A stretch of DNA of 64,000 bases, from assembly GCA_947482825.1 (NCBI GenBank), contig CANKMT010000011.1:5050-69049 (forward strand). Direction: 5' to 3'. Source of the DNA: Betaproteobacteria bacterium (GTDB taxonomy: Bacteria; Pseudomonadota; Gammaproteobacteria; Burkholderiales; SG8-39). Below the pieces are notes generated by a model. The model saw nothing but the letters and a program-made list of their open reading frames with translations, was not told the origin of the DNA and ran no database searches. The translations under genes were made by a program, and so were the position numbers. Shown here one piece after another: positions 63,978-64,000 of this stretch; the stretch's first letter is position 1; every line of letters starts with the position of its first letter.

Positions 63978-64000
63978 CGCGAATCAAGTCCCGAAGCCGC

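Noticed and set aside
1-64000. tRNA, rRNA, tmRNA, riboswitch or tRNA-Sec (selC) genes
   Set aside because: Intergenic regions were read by eye and none shows a cloverleaf-compatible or known riboswitch pattern. This is a visual negative only; tRNAscan-SE or Infernal should confirm it.

Overview
High-GC (~65%) chromosomal segment, probably betaproteobacterial and Burkholderiales-like. That guess rests on three orphan Bug/TctC binding proteins, an iscRSUA-hscBA-fdx-iscX operon, cysE-trmJ/suhB and rimP-nusA-infB-rbfA. About 65 protein genes are supported; I saw no tRNA, rRNA or CRISPR. Housekeeping blocks: phoU-phoBR-pstSCAB, mobA-moeA-tal, rmuC, tesA/ybbA/ybbP-like, the isc operon and the nusA-infB operon. 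Accessory blocks: two catabolic clusters (enolase-superfamily enzymes, HpcH aldolase, TauD and PhyH dioxygenases, SDR, MFS, LysR/AraC regulators); a NitT/TauT-type ABC operon with an embedded amidohydrolase; a GNAT/DUF1778 toxin-antitoxin cassette; and one ISAs1-like IS. The main result is a selenium theme. An in-frame UGA joins two called ORFs into a 178-aa U-G-S-C motif selenoprotein candidate (13575..14111), coupled to a conserved protein of unknown function. The same window encodes SelU and an FAD-oxidoreductase::SelD fusion sitting directly after iscX. Other observations: a four-member palindromic repeat family whose arms differ by matched changes; three structured insertions inside the isc operon (67-nt hairpin, terminator-like hairpin, 3 x 23-bp tandem repeat copying the hscA start region); an IS transposase with an extra DUF4338-like N-terminal domain, split at an A_AAA_AAG heptamer; a TGA at a conserved Trp codon in the aldolase; a homopolymer frameshift in a Bug gene; and an atypical SRAP/YedK-like protein. 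All functional calls rest on by-eye motif and family recognition. No searches were run.
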